Positions 36,751 through 49,663 of a DNA stretch of 64,000 bases are shown piece after piece. The stretch lies in contig NC_057720.1 in assembly GCF_004010195.1 (NCBI RefSeq), forward strand, positions 17,106,603-17,170,602, given 5' to 3'. Made by a program: the position numbers and the translations under genes. The stretch's first letter is position 1; each line of letters starts with the position of its first letter. The stretch is from Chiloscyllium plagiosum (taxonomy: Eukaryota). The notes below the pieces were generated by a model that had not been told where the DNA came from, did no database searches, and was given only the letters and a program-made list of their open reading frames with translations.

Positions 36751-39700
36751 AGTGCGACCCAATGGCATAGTATTTTGCTAAACTGCTTAAGTACATGTGA
36801 TATATGTCAGAAAAGAAGCTGCCTGGACTTCTGTTTCATTGGAGAATATTATGGAGAATGAGGAATTTTTGATACATCTCTACAGTAAACAATAATCCTT
36901 TGTTACATTTGAAGACACTGTATTACTGTTTGTCTTTATTTAAACTTTTACCTCACTGTTTGTCCACATCATAGTATATAAATAGGATGATCAGGTTACT
37001 TCAAGATGCTCTCTCATTTCAAGAAATCTGCTGTTGCATTCTCAGGAAGGGAGAGCTTAACTAAACTGACTTACTGAGATCTTAATGTTCTCTAAATCCA
37101 TTTTTAAAAAACTAAATCACAGTTTCTTTCTACCATATATTTACACATGCACATGAAGAATAATCACAGGACAGCAAAGTATATTTGCTAGATTTCTCTC
37201 TTCCTTTCCCCTTTTTGTTTTTTGAACACAACTCATAAGTAAATAGTTAAGCAAAATATTTTCCACAGAAAAAGGGCTGCTTATTTTACTTAGAAAACAA
37301 AGGATAAACCAAGTCCATGTGTTACAAAAACATGTTGCTTATAAGGGAGTGGTGTTAATCATTCCAGATGATGCTCTTATGTTTTCATCGCAACAGTATG
37401 CTGACAAATAAACTTTATGGGCTACAAAATTGCCTTGAGGAGACATTGCAGGATAGGATATGTGCAGCAGGGTTTTGGATGAACTGAAGTTTAGAAGGAT
37501 TGAGGATGGGAGACTGGCCAAGGAAGTTCTGAAAAAACTGGTGGCCAATCTGATCTTGTTAGTGTCACACTACACAGGTACAGTTAAAATTACCCTCAGA
37601 GGCTACATGGCTGAAAACTCAGGCAAGGTTGTGAACAGTATATTTCAAAACAGTTAGGTTTTGGAGTTTGCAGAGAGGCAAAGTGTGGGTGCTTTGTTCT
37701 TCCCAGTGCTCATCTACAGCTGAACAGCAGGCAAGCAATCTGACATCACAGCAGTGGGAACATTGCAAGATGTGATGCAGAAGTAGAACTGGGTGGTGTC
37801 AGCATAATTTTGGAAGCGAAGCCCTTTATCTGCAGTTAACATTACCAAAGTGGAAAAGTACAATCAAAAGGACGATCCTAGGCATCTCTAGTGATTATGA
37901 AAAGAGAAACCATTGACAGAAATGTTCTTGCTATACATGGCTAGATAAGAGTGGAACTATGCAAGGCTTATATTGCGTCATTCTGATGATGCTATTGGAC
38001 TTCCAATTGCAGATAATTTATGGCATTGCTACCAAGACCCAGGTCATGAAGTGCCTTCACAGATTTTATTGAAAACAACTTCCCTTTGATATCCAAATAA
38101 ATTATTTTATGGAGCAGATTCAGGCAGTAACATTCATATGTCCATGTGGTTATAACCATTAATCTTCACATATCGGTCCTTTTGAGTAAACAATGCATTG
38201 CTACCACATACTAATGAAGTCCAAATGTAAATGAAAAAGAAAACTTTCTCTGTAACCCAAAACATTTGAATTTTTGCTGAGGGTTAACACCATAGGTCAA
38301 TCATTTTTCTCTAAAAAAAAAGTCCAATAAAATCCTTCTACTTGTATCGTGGTATTAAGCGAAAATAACAAACCAATTAGCATTTAATTCATACAAAAAC
38401 AAATTTACCACATTGGAATGAACCCTCCTTTGAGGGAAAAGAATGCTGACCATTATTTTAAGATATTTTATGTGGTAGCAGCCTTTCGTCTCATGAGACA
38501 ATGGTTTGCGGTATAGTGGTCAACGTGTTAATCATCGCCTTTGGCATGGCTGCCTCTGCCACATTTGCTGCAGAGTACGACAATGAGCTGATCTGTTAAC
38601 TCAGTTTCTCTGGGCCATCTCCATGGCCAGCTGAGCTTTCTTATCTGAACTGCTCTCTACCGCGTTGTGTTAGTGAGGTGAAACTAAAGAATCTTTTTTA
38701 GGACACAAAACTGGGAAAGAATTAGAGACCATGGGCCACCTAAACTGGTCAGGGCCCAGCACCTACACCCTTGACCTCCCCAAATGAATCCAGCAGCAGT
38801 TGCTTTGAATATCAGCCTGCCTTGGGACTCTGCTCTAGGATTTAAAAAAAATCAACTTTTACTTCCTTACTGATCAATGTTTTGTACGTATGACTGGGGA
38901 GGTGATGGCCTAATGGCATTATCACTGGACTATTTTTCCAGAAACTCAGCTAATGTTCTGGGGACCCAGGTCTGAATCCCACCACAGCAGGTGGTGGAAC
39001 TTGAATTCAATATTTTTTAAAAATCTGGATTTAAGAATCTACTTTTGGCTTTGAAACTATTGCTGATTGTCAGAAAAACTCATCGGATTCACTAATGTCC
39101 TTCAGGAAAGGAAATCTGTCATCCTCACCTGGTCTTGTCTACATGTGTCAAAAAAAATTATAAAAGTGAGTAATTGTCATCAGCTAAATTGTATTATACA
39201 ACTGCTCATCTCCTTCAAGACTTGTTATCACTACTAGACAACTATACAGCTTGCATTCAGTTGGTAGGAAGTAACTGGTCTGTACAAGGACTCAAACGTT
39301 TTGGGAAGTGGATCATTGTCCATGTTTGCCTATCTCTAAGTGCTATTAGAAGAAGAGAACTCTAAAATCAAAATAACATGTTTTGGCAAATTATTAGAAT
39401 TGACTGTTCTTTTACTCTCCTTGCTGCAGTGAGTGTGAATACTGTTTAGATTATTTGCCTACGTTTGCTGACTAATTTCACAAAATTAAGTTGCACACTT
39501 ATAAACACATGTTCAGAAAAATGTGAGAAAAATGAGAAAAGAACATCAGATCCATTAATGTTCACCACATCTGATTTAGCTCTCAATTTGGAACAAAGAG
39601 CTGAAATATGCACATATACAGAACACTATATTTGAAACACCTGTAAAAGTCTGCAATACCTTTAAGCTTAATAAAAGAGCAATCTGACTTAATAATTCAC

Positions 39701-39849
39701 CATAAATTATGTGCCGACTGTAAACAGGTGGGTTTGGAGAATGTAGTCGCTTTGTTGATAAATTTTCTTTCCTGTGGGGATGATCCCTCTGTTTTTAAAA
39801 ATTACTACTCTTGTAAAAGTCATCTGCTCTCCCTATCTACTGCCTTAGT

Positions 39850-40020
39850 GAAACATAGAATATAGCAGCAGAAGGTGGTCATTTGGCTCTTTCAGCCTGC
39901 TCCACCATTCAATAAGATCGTGGCTAATCACCATTCAATAAGATCGTGGCTAAGTACCCCTTTTCCACTTTTTCCTCATATCGTTCGATCCGTTATCTTT
40001 AACTGTTATCTCTAACTTTT
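39850..40020 (-). mobile_element. CR1 3' tail with 26-bp tandem duplication
   Basis: CACCATTCAATAAGATCGTGGCTAA occurs twice at 39903-39954. Confidence 0.65.
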
Positions 40021-40369
40021 GTTCCATCTAAAAATGTTTTGAATAAGTCCTCATCTTTTCTGCACTCACCTCTCTGAAATTCCATTATCAAGTCCTTCCA
40101 TCCTAGCTTCTGCTTATTCCACAGCCAAACAATGACAAGGAGACTCTGTGACTGTGATCATTATGTTATCCTTTCTGGTATTCCTCAGTCTTTCCAAAGC
40201 AGATGACATGGTAAACCATAATGTTGCTGCACATCTACAATATATATATTTCTCAATACTCAGATGTATTATAGAATTTAAGTGCATGCAGGTAACAACC
40301 AATTTTACCTCAGTGCTATCTGTTTCCATCAGTATTGTCTGACTGCCTTTCTAATATCATGTCTAGGAT

Positions 40370-40670
40370 CATAGAATCAATCAAAAAATCCCTACAGTGT
40401 GGAAGCAAGCCATTTAGTTTACACCGACCCTCCAAAAAGCATCCCACCCAGATCCATCCGACTACCCTATCTCTGTTAACCCCTGCATTTTCCATGGCCA
40501 ATCCACCTAACCTGCACATCTTTGGACTGTGGGAGGAAGCTGGAGCACACGGAGGAAACCCATGCAGGGCGAATATGCAAACTCCACACAGTCACCCTGT
40601 GGAATTGAAGCTAGGTTCCTGGCACTGTGAGGCAGCAGTGCTAACCACTGAGCCAGCCACTGTGCTGCCC
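40370..40670 (-). mobile_element. HE1-type V-SINE
   Basis: ACCTGCACATCTTTGGACTGTGGGAGG..GCAGCAGTGCTAACCACTGAGCC. Confidence 0.8.
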
Positions 40671-42115
40671 ATAGGACATGCAACCAAATCTCCTGCCTAT
40701 GATATCACTCCCCTCCCTAAAAACTCACTCAAGATGCACCATGTTGTGTAACTTTGATGTCACTGTTGAACCTGAACTGAATTTCAAACCTCGCATTGAA
40801 CCATCAAAGCCACTTATTTTCACCATCACTTTTACTTCAATCCTGTCTTTAATAAAACCCTTGTACAATATTTACGACTTCCAGATTGATTCACATCAAT
40901 GCTTTTCTAGCATCCATTCTCCAAAAGCTCTAACTTCTTCCACTCAGCATTTACCTCAGTGTTCTACAATGCCTTCCATATCCAAACAATACCCAACTTA
41001 AAACTCAACTTCACCTTCAAATTCTTGATTTGCCTTTACTCCTGTTTACCTCCAAAATCATCCCAATCCTTACCATAGGTCTACAACTGTTAACCTTCTG
41101 GCTCTAATCTCAAGGCATTCCCTTTCCTTCTGCTTCCACAGGGACAATACTTTTCAGATACCTTGACCCCATTTAGTGGATATTTCTCCTGAATTCAGTG
41201 TCCTTATTTTCAAACTTTCTGAAAGCTTATTTTTATTTTATAGTCAGTTCGCGTCCCTTCCCCAACCCTTCAATTATTCCTTGTTATTTTCCTTGGGACA
41301 CATTGTACCTGAATATGCTGTATAAATTCAACTTTTGCTGTCAGAAACTGAATTCCAATGAACCCAACTTACACACATTCATATAAAATTGTGACCACTG
41401 AAGAATAGCTTCTACTTCAAAACAAATTACAAATTGTTAAAAGATCATCTTGCTTTGCCTGATGGACCCTACTTTATGCTTGAATTGTGAGAATAATTGC
41501 CTAAGTAATAGTTCTAATACTTTAAGAGTGCAAAGCCACAAAGAACCGTAAAAACAACCTTCCTCTTATTCAATTATCTGTCAACATGTGCAAATAATAG
41601 CTTATCTAAAAAAAAAGGCCAGAATTCTAGCATATGGCACAGATTATACAAGTTTTTCACTGAACAATTTGATTTCTATCTATATCTATGTGATATAGAT
41701 TTGAGTCTTGTGTCCTTAATAGACTACACATGAAATGAGTCTACAATAATCTGCATTACTGTATAATTCTTCTAGTGTTATACAATATTCCTAGCTGCTT
41801 CACAGCAACATAATCTGATAAGAAAGTGTAAAAGCCAAATGACTAAAAGCTTGACCAGAAAAAGGTTTTCTGGTGTTTCTTAGAGGAGACAGATGTGGAC
41901 AGCTGGAAAAATGAACAGGAGGGAATTATCAGGTTTAGCCTGTAGCTAGAACCGCTCATAATTGGGCAAAGGGAGTGGAGGCTACATGGAGGTCCAGTGT
42001 TGGAGAAATGCAATGACTGATTACAAACTTCAGTGCTTTAGTGATTATGTAAACCAATGGACAGAACTACATATTACACATATACACCACTTTCATATTG
42101 TTATTGTTGGCTCAC

Positions 42116-42245
42116 CTTGTGTCTTAGGCAGATTCATTCTTTCACGAATAACAGCCAGTGGCTTGGTGAAGGATTGTTTGTATCTCATCATAGCCATTAT
42201 TATTTGCAAATTCACATCTATACAAGCTTCATCGGGAGGAATGCA
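42116..42245 (-). CDS. TGFBR3: TGFBR3 exon (exon 14 equivalent), end of ZP-C and external hydrophobic patch
   Basis: ctgcag|TGC...CAA G|gtgag; 130 nt, phase 0-1; CIPPDEACIDVNLQIIMAMMRYKQSFTKPLAVIRERMNLPKTQ. Confidence 0.96.
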
Positions 42246-42999
42246 CTGCAGGAGAAAATAAGCAAACCAAGTGAGCTCAAGGACATACAAATTCAAATGC
42301 TGCAATAGCATTACGTTGATCAGTACTGCAAAGGTCTGATTATTATTATTATATTTTATTAACTAATAAGCAAGTATGTTATAGCTGGACTTTGTTACAT
42401 TTGATGTTAATGACATTTTTTTTGATTTCTACATGTCACAAACAATCTACTTGAAACGTGTTCAAGGAGTGAACTTAAGTTGCTTATTGATTCTGTGAAA
42501 TCTTGCACAGATTGGCTAATTACATACTATACATAGCATTCAGAAAAATAATTTTTGTTATGTTTATCTTATAAAGTATATATTTCAGAAATCACAACAT
42601 AATCTAAAACAAACCTAGTAAAATGTCCCCTGCAACACAAGGCACACTACATAATTGCATAATTGGCAACACTTAAAAAGCTAAGTTAAAAGAATACAAA
42701 TAATACAAGCAACAATTACAAAAGTTTTAAGATGTAATTTCAAAAAGTCAGGAAATACACAAGTTATTCTGGTAGCCAAATTAATTATTTGAGCAGCGCC
42801 CATCAGCAATTGTACAGTAACTTGTTGGATAAAGGGCATGTTATCTTCAGCTGGATAATTGCCTGCAAAATTTCTAACTAATGTTACTGACCACAGATCA
42901 GCAAATTTGATTGTTCTGACACTCTGGACATCTAAATAATGTAAACAACCTTCATCTTGCACATTGCTAGGATATATTATGTTTAGAAATATGACAAAC

Positions 43000-43311
43000 C
43001 TTAGGAAGATTAGGAAATCCTTGGCTTTCAGTATCTTTTTGGCTGCATAGTGTAATTTCACAATGAAGAAAAACTAAGGACATGTTGTAGACTGGCTTAA
43101 ACACAAAGCTGAACCTTTTTCTTTCCATCTCTGCATGAGGCACAAGGAAATCAAGCTTCTGAGGACTGTAGAATTTCACAGAATCCTCCTTTGGGCAAAT
43201 ATTTTCAATAATGGTGTAGTAATCTGAAGAGGAAACAGGGTCCGACGATGGAGAAATATAGCAGGTCTGGATAACAAAACTAATTTCTGGGTCAGATTTG
43301 GTTACAGATAC
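43000..43311 (-). CDS. TGFBR3: TGFBR3 exon (exon 13 equivalent), ZP-C
   Basis: atttag|GTA...AAG|gtttgt; 312 nt; VSVTKSDPEISFVIQTCYISPSSDP...YTIIENICPKEDSVKFYSP...KRFSFVFKPVYNMSLVFLHCEITLC...NLPK. Confidence 0.97.
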
Positions 43312-44072
43312 CTAAATGCGTGTGATGAGATAAAAACAAAAACCCTTATTAGAATGATTTTAAGTCATACTACAACTTCTATAATGCAGATTGTCGCCAG
43401 TTTGAAGGAGAAGAACATTCTACAGACAAAGTCTTTTCTCATTCATGATTGAAAAAGACTCACACATATCCTACTTTACTCTTTTGCAGAAACATTTACT
43501 ATACTGTCAACATGGAGACACTTGGATGAATCCTTCACCGCTTTTCTATTCCCAGAATGTTACTCTTGGAGAGAATGCACACAGCACCTCTGTAATGAAT
43601 AACAGGGCTCAATCCTTTATTGTAACATTATCAACTGATCATTAAGCAACTAAATGTTTAGTCACTGTATTCATTTTGTTGGACATGAACTTGGTGAATT
43701 TTGTTGTTAATTCTAATGTCGTGAATGAACAATGTCGTGAATGAGCCAGAATATGGATAATCTATGACCAGTTTTTATTTAATAAGATAATATAACAGTT
43801 GTGAGAAAAGTCACTAATTTAACAAAAGCTATTATATAATGGAATGAAATTATGGTCAATGCCATGTTTAGAAGAATCCATTTGGTCAAAATCACAAGAT
43901 AACTTTGGACTTCTTATTAATACAATTTTCCCTGTCAAACCAAAGAAACTTAAGCCATAGTTTAACCATCTGCTCACTTGAATTTATGAATTGCTGCCAA
44001 GAAAAGAACTGCAAAAGTTCAGAAAAAAAGGCACAGCCTTCACAATTCTTCAACTCATTTGCAACTCATTAC

Positions 44073-44252
44073 CTCAACAAATAATGGGTTATTCTCCGAA
44101 ACAGTGTGCACGCCTTGTGAGGGAGTACGGAATAGATCTGTGTTGTATAGCTCCATGTTCAAAGTTGCATTGTTGCTTTGTGTCAAAGAAGGGAAGCCAG
44201 AATGGGAAGGCATCTCAGACTTCTTACTAGGCGTGAAGTACGTACAGTTAAA
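44073..44252 (-). CDS. TGFBR3: TGFBR3 exon (exon 12 equivalent), ZP linker and start of ZP-C
   Basis: tttcag|TTT...GAG|gtaatg; 180 nt; FNCTY...NATLNMELYNTDLFRTPSQGVHTVSENNPLFVE. Confidence 0.95.
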
Positions 44253-44479
44253 CTGAAACAAAAGGAAACTGCTTTTGAAATATCCATAAAAGTTGCCATC
44301 AACAATTAAACTTTATCTATAAATTTCAGTATACCACAAACTCTGAGGTAATTTAGCAAAATATAGTGAAATATGATTAAAATGTTCAATGAATCAAGCA
44401 GTCAAGTTTGAAACTTCTACAGAATTATAACTGCTGCAACTTCTTTAATATCTGTAGATTAAGAAAATTAGACACTATC

Positions 44480-46390
44480 GTTAGTCATAGAGTGAAACAG
44501 TTTTTTTTTTACAGTATGGAAAGAGAGCTTTCAGCCCATTTTATCCACACTAGTCATCAAATATCCATCTACCCTAATCCCATTTTCCAGTACTTGGTTC
44601 CTAGCCTTGTATGCTATGACATTTCAAGTGTTCAGCTAAATAGTTCTTCAATGTCTTGAAGTTTCTCATATCTACCGCCCTTTCAGGCAATGAGTTCCAA
44701 ACACCCACAATCTCTAGGTGAAAATGTTTTTCCTCATATCCCCTCAAAACCTCCTGTCCCTAACCTTAGGATTGGGCCCACTGGTTACTGACCCTGCTAC
44801 TAAAGGGAGAAAGTATATTCATATCCATCCTGTCTTTGCCTCTCAGAAATATATACACTTCAATCAGATTTATCCCTCAGACTTCTCTGCTCCAAGGAAA
44901 ACTAATCCAGACTATCCAGTCTTTTTTCATTGCTGAGTTGCTTCAGTTGAGGTAATGTCCTAAGGAATCTCTTTTGCACTCTCCTCTCTAGTGTAATCAC
45001 ATACTTCCTATAATGTGGTGACCAGAACTATATACAGCACTCCAGTTGTGGTCAAATTAACATGAAATATAGCTTCACTATAACCTCCTTGCTCTTGCAT
45101 TCAGTGCCATGTCTAATAAAACCAAGTATCCCACATGCCTTCGAGAGCACCTTCTCTACCGGTCCAGCTGCCTGCAAGGATCTGTGGACATGCACACTGG
45201 TCCCTCTGATCACTTATCCTGCCTAGAATCCTGCCATTCAATATGTATTCCCATGCCTTGTTAGTTGTCTTGAAATCTTTCAGGATTAATTTGTATCTGT
45301 CACTGTTTAGCCCATTTATAATTGTTCTGTAGACCAAGGTTTTCATTCTTGCTTTTTTATCACACCACCAATTTTTGTGTTATCAGCAAACCTGCCCCTT
45401 CAAGTGGAGTTTAATTCTGTACCTTAGAATTTTTTCCATATATGTTAGACTCACTAGCCTATAGATTCCTGGTTTACCCCTACAACCCTTTTTGAATAAT
45501 GGTATTATGTTACCTGTTCTGCAGTCCTTTGGACCCCTTCTGTTGCCAAAGGGGACTTGAAAATTAATGCTAGAGTCCTTGCAATCTTCTCTCTTCTGTT
45601 CTACAACAGCCTTGGATACATTTCATCTGGGATTAGGAATTTATCTATTTTTAAGCCTGCCAAAATCGCTTGTTCATCCTGCCTCTCAATGCCAACTTGT
45701 TCAATTATATTACAGCTCTCATTCCTGATTTCTAGGCCTTCAGTACTGCGAACACAGCTGAAAGTACTCATTTAAATCCTCAGCTATGTCTTCTGGCTCC
45801 CCATACAGATTGCCACTTTGGTCCCCTTCACCCTACCAATCTTTCCCTGGTTATTCACTTTTCGCTAATATACTTTTTTTCTAAGGATTCTCCTTAATGT
45901 TACTTGCCAATGTTTTTTCATGTCCATTCTTTGGTTTCCTAATTTCTTTTTTAAGCTATTCCCTACACTTTTAGAGTCTGAGGGCATTCACTGAATTTTC
46001 GGTATCTATCATAAGCTTAGTTTTTATTTTCTTACCCAATCCTTTGCAGCCTTTTACATGCAGAGTTCTCAGGACTTCCTGGTCCCACCTTCCACCTTCA
46101 TGAAAACATGTTGACTCTGCACTCTCACTATTACTCTTTAAATGTTTTGCAGTGCTCTAATGCTAATTTTTCTACAAGTGGCTGCTCCCAGACAACTTCA
46201 GCCAAATCCCGTCTTACATTATTAAAAATTGGTCTTCACACAATTCAAAACCTTTATTTCCAGTCCATCTTAGGCCTTATCCATAATCACCTTAAATCCT
46301 ACTGTATTATTAATACTATCCCCCAAAAAGCTCCCCCATTGCCAGACCTACGACTTGCCAGTTTCATTGATTAAAATTAGGCCCAGTAGG
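44480..46390 (-). mobile_element. Long degenerate CR1 LINE
   Basis: Reverse-complement CR1 RT and tail motifs (GACCAGAACTATATACAGCACTCCAGTTGTGG; ACCACCAATTTTTGTGTTATCAGCAAAC). Confidence 0.75.
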
Positions 46391-46869
46391 AACTAGGCAA
46401 GGAGCTCAACACATGCATGTCCATATAAGGTTAGGATCAGTCTCAGATACAATGAGTAGCGTTTGTATTTTGAGTTGGGTTGGGTTGTCACTGGAGTCAA
46501 ATTGGTCTCTTGGATCTGCACTGGGTTGGAAATAGTCACTCAGCAGGGAGTTTTTCTGACATAGGTCAGTGACCAGAAGGCTATCTTGCTGACTAATTAC
46601 AGCTCTTGAAGCCGATTGTCTAATGGATTGTACTCTTTGCCCAAACGAAACTGCAATTTGTTGCTGCAAGAAAGAAAGAGAAAGGGCACCTCCTCAGCAA
46701 TGTTAAAACTCTTGTAGTGAGCCGACGTTGCACAAGGCACGCATGTCCTTAGGACAGATTGTGGCTGCAACAGTGGGCAGGAAGGCTGGGGTTAGGGGGC
46801 TTCAAAGGTGTATTTACCCTCAGTGCTCTCAGGCTCTCATTATCATCTTAATTAAGTCCCCCTCTCTTT

Positions 46870-46995
46870 TGACGTGGAGGTGCAGGTGTTGGACTGGACT
46901 GGACAAGATCAGAAGTCAGACGACACCAGTTTATAGTCCAACAGGCTTATTTGAAATTATAGACTTTCAGAGAGCTGCTCCTTCATCAGATGAAG
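46870..46995 (-). mobile_element. PLE-derived short element with degenerate hammerhead, sense to the TGFBR3 pre-mRNA
   Basis: Reverse complement: CAU-CUGAUGA-A-GGAGCAGCUCUCU-GAAA-GUCUAUA. Confidence 0.65.
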
Positions 46996-47595
46996 TATTA
47001 ATGCCCCTCTCTTATGGGCTGACTGCCTTCATACATGCTCTCATCTAAGCACTGTCAGCACAAATTAAGAAAACCGGCTCAGGTGAGGCACCTATGCAAG
47101 TGCACCCTCTTATGAAAGAGAAATGGACAGAAAATTGAATGTGCAGTGCATTTCAAGAACATTATACAATATAAGAAGATCATGATTGTAATAACATACT
47201 CTCAAGAGACAGTTTGGAAATAATTACTGAACAACTTATCACTGCACATCTCACATTTGGAAACGGCCTTTTTCATCAAAAACATCTCTTTGTTGGAAAA
47301 AAGGGGAAACAAATAACCTATTAAACTTTATTCATTATTTATGTAATGAGGACAGCTGAAACCCTAAACTGTATTAACTCTCACTGTACTCAATAAGCTT
47401 GGGTTGCCTAGAGTGAGCGTACATTTGGTGGCCAGCAGATGAAGGGTTAATATCAATCTTTATTCGTAGAACTATGAATTTGAGAAGACTTTTGGCCTTG
47501 CAAAAATATGCATATTTCCATGACCTCTAACCTGTTCAGCTTGCACAAACTATTTCAGAATGTGAATTTAAACATGCTGGACACAAACAGCATAC

Positions 47596-47721
47596 CCGAA
47601 CAATTTTTGGTCTGCTCGGAATTGGGTCGTCGCCATCTCCAGGGAAGCCATTGTCTCCCGATTCTTCGTTATCACCATACCATCCACTTCCTTCACAGCA
47701 GTACTCTAGCTGTATCACAAT
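47596..47721 (-). CDS. TGFBR3: TGFBR3 exon (exon 11 equivalent) with Ser-Gly glycosaminoglycan attachment sites
   Basis: gatag|ATT...CGG|gtatg; 126 nt; IVIQLEYCCEGSGWYGDNEESGDNGFPGDGDDPIPSRPKIVR contains SGW and ESGDNGFPGD. Confidence 0.94.
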
Positions 47722-48712
47722 CTATCAATCAGGAAAAATTTCAGTGATTTAGAAAAATCGTTTCATATTAGCTGATTTCACAAACCATTGCTCATAAAGA
47801 AATAAGTAAAATAAAAAAAATTTGCTTTCTGACTATAAATTTTCATCTCAAATTTGTATACTTCTGTTCTTTAAACAACTTGTCACTACTTTTTTTTCCA
47901 TTCTCCCCCAAACTTCCATTGGTAGTCACTCTGTCATTATGCTTGTGTCATCCGTAACTTGTCCAATCCATCAATTTGCCCTGCCAACTCCTTAAGACCT
48001 TGATATTGGACATTTTTTGATTCCTTCATTTTCCATTGTCTTTTTGCTTCACATGCTTTCACCATGTACTATGGAAATTACTGAAATCTAACTTTATATG
48101 CAGAATTTTTATAAAAGTTGTTGCTATTCTCCACTCTCACTTTGTTTGCATTTTACTTGGCTCCCTGGTTGTCTCCTAAAGGACCGCTAAAGCTTTCTTT
48201 CATCACTCAACCATTTGTCTCAGGATCTTTTACACTATGCCTGGAATTCTCTTTCTAAGCTAAGCAGGAACAACTGGAAATAAGAAAAAATATAGTTTAA
48301 TGAGGTAACATAGTAGTGTTTTCGTCAAGGGAAATGTACTGGTTCATCCAGGTTACTGTTAAAGTTTCTCATCAGGTTTCTGCTGTGATTATAGAGTTAA
48401 CAGCCCTGAATCCCACCTCTTAACAAGAAATTGAGGGGGGAGAAAATAATTCTGGAACTACTTTTGGTGGATAAAACTAAAATTTGATCTCTTAGTTTAT
48501 ACTTTTGTATTTTAAGAAACTGATTGATAATATTTTTTCTAACTAATAACTTCTATGTAGTATATCATGCAGCAAAGAACTATTGGTGAAAATACAAAGT
48601 TTTTTTTTAAAAACAAACAATAGTCTTTCCCCAAGTACAAAAGTTAGACATTGTTATCATCAGCCATTTGAAACAAATCTAAAATAGGGATATTATATAT
48701 TGGTTTGCTTAC

Positions 48713-48865
48713 TGAGTTCAAATAAATGGTGAAACCATCTGAAGTAGGATATTTAGTTGTCTCACAGCTAGTGAGTGAAGACTCCAAAATGTAATGTGTA
48801 GAGTTTTCCTCTGCTTTGCATTTTGGATCGAGTAGAGAAACTTGTGTTACTGTAGTCGCCTCAGT
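48713..48865 (-). CDS. TGFBR3: TGFBR3 exon (exon 10 equivalent), ZP-N
   Basis: cttttag|ACT...TCA|gtaagc; 153 nt; TEATTVTQVSLLDPKCKAEENSTHYILESSLTSCETTKYPTSDGFTIYLNS. Confidence 0.94.
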
Positions 48866-49663
48866 CTAAAAGAAAGAAGGTCACAAAACATTAAAAGTGG
48901 ACAGCATCCTTGATGTGTATTGAAGGTATAATTACTGCTCCTCCAAACAAACATGTCCATGTTATGAATATAGTCTAATTGCTTTGCATCAGTGCTCTAA
49001 CAGTCAACCAAACAAGACACAATTGGAGTTTCCATTTAATTTATTGTTTTCACTGTATCTCGCTACATGTGACAAGTGTTGTTTTGCATGCTATACAGGC
49101 AGATTGCACCTTAAAAAATGCATCAAGGTAGCAGAACACAATGCATAATTGGGTCAGAGTTACAGAGAAGGTGCAGAGAGTGAGAGATCAACAGTAACAT
49201 TTCAGAGGTCCGTTCTTAAGTCTGGTAACAGCAGGGAAGAAGCAATTCTTGAATCTGTTCATATATGTATGCAAACTTTCATATCTCTTATCTGATGAAA
49301 GAAGGTGGAAGAAAGTATAACTGGCGTAGAAGGGGTCTTTGATTATGTTGGATGCTTTCCCGAGACAGTGAGAAGTTCAGATGGAGTCAATTTATTGATT
49401 ATTATACTATTGATAGTTCATATCCAGTGGTTGTGGTGGATGGGATTAATTGGGGAAAACTGTCACTTCGACTATTGTTGGCAGTGAATTTTGGAGTATG
49501 ACTCTGCTGGCCGCAGATAGAACCAAGTGGCAAATGACAGTGAACATATTTTGTTTTAAATGTTTCTTTGTAGAAACAACTCACTCCTTTGAGACCGAAA
49601 AACTGAAAATCAAAATCTATTATTTTTCGTCTAAATAAATGTACAGTACCTATTGAAACAAAC

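Noticed and set aside
39903..39954. Direct repeats as a CRISPR-like array
   Set aside because: Simple two-copy tandem duplication in a CR1 tail with no spacers, in a eukaryotic context
42681..43061. 126-aa minus-strand ORF overlapping the ZP-C exon
   Set aside because: Alternate frame running into the intron, with no recognisable motif
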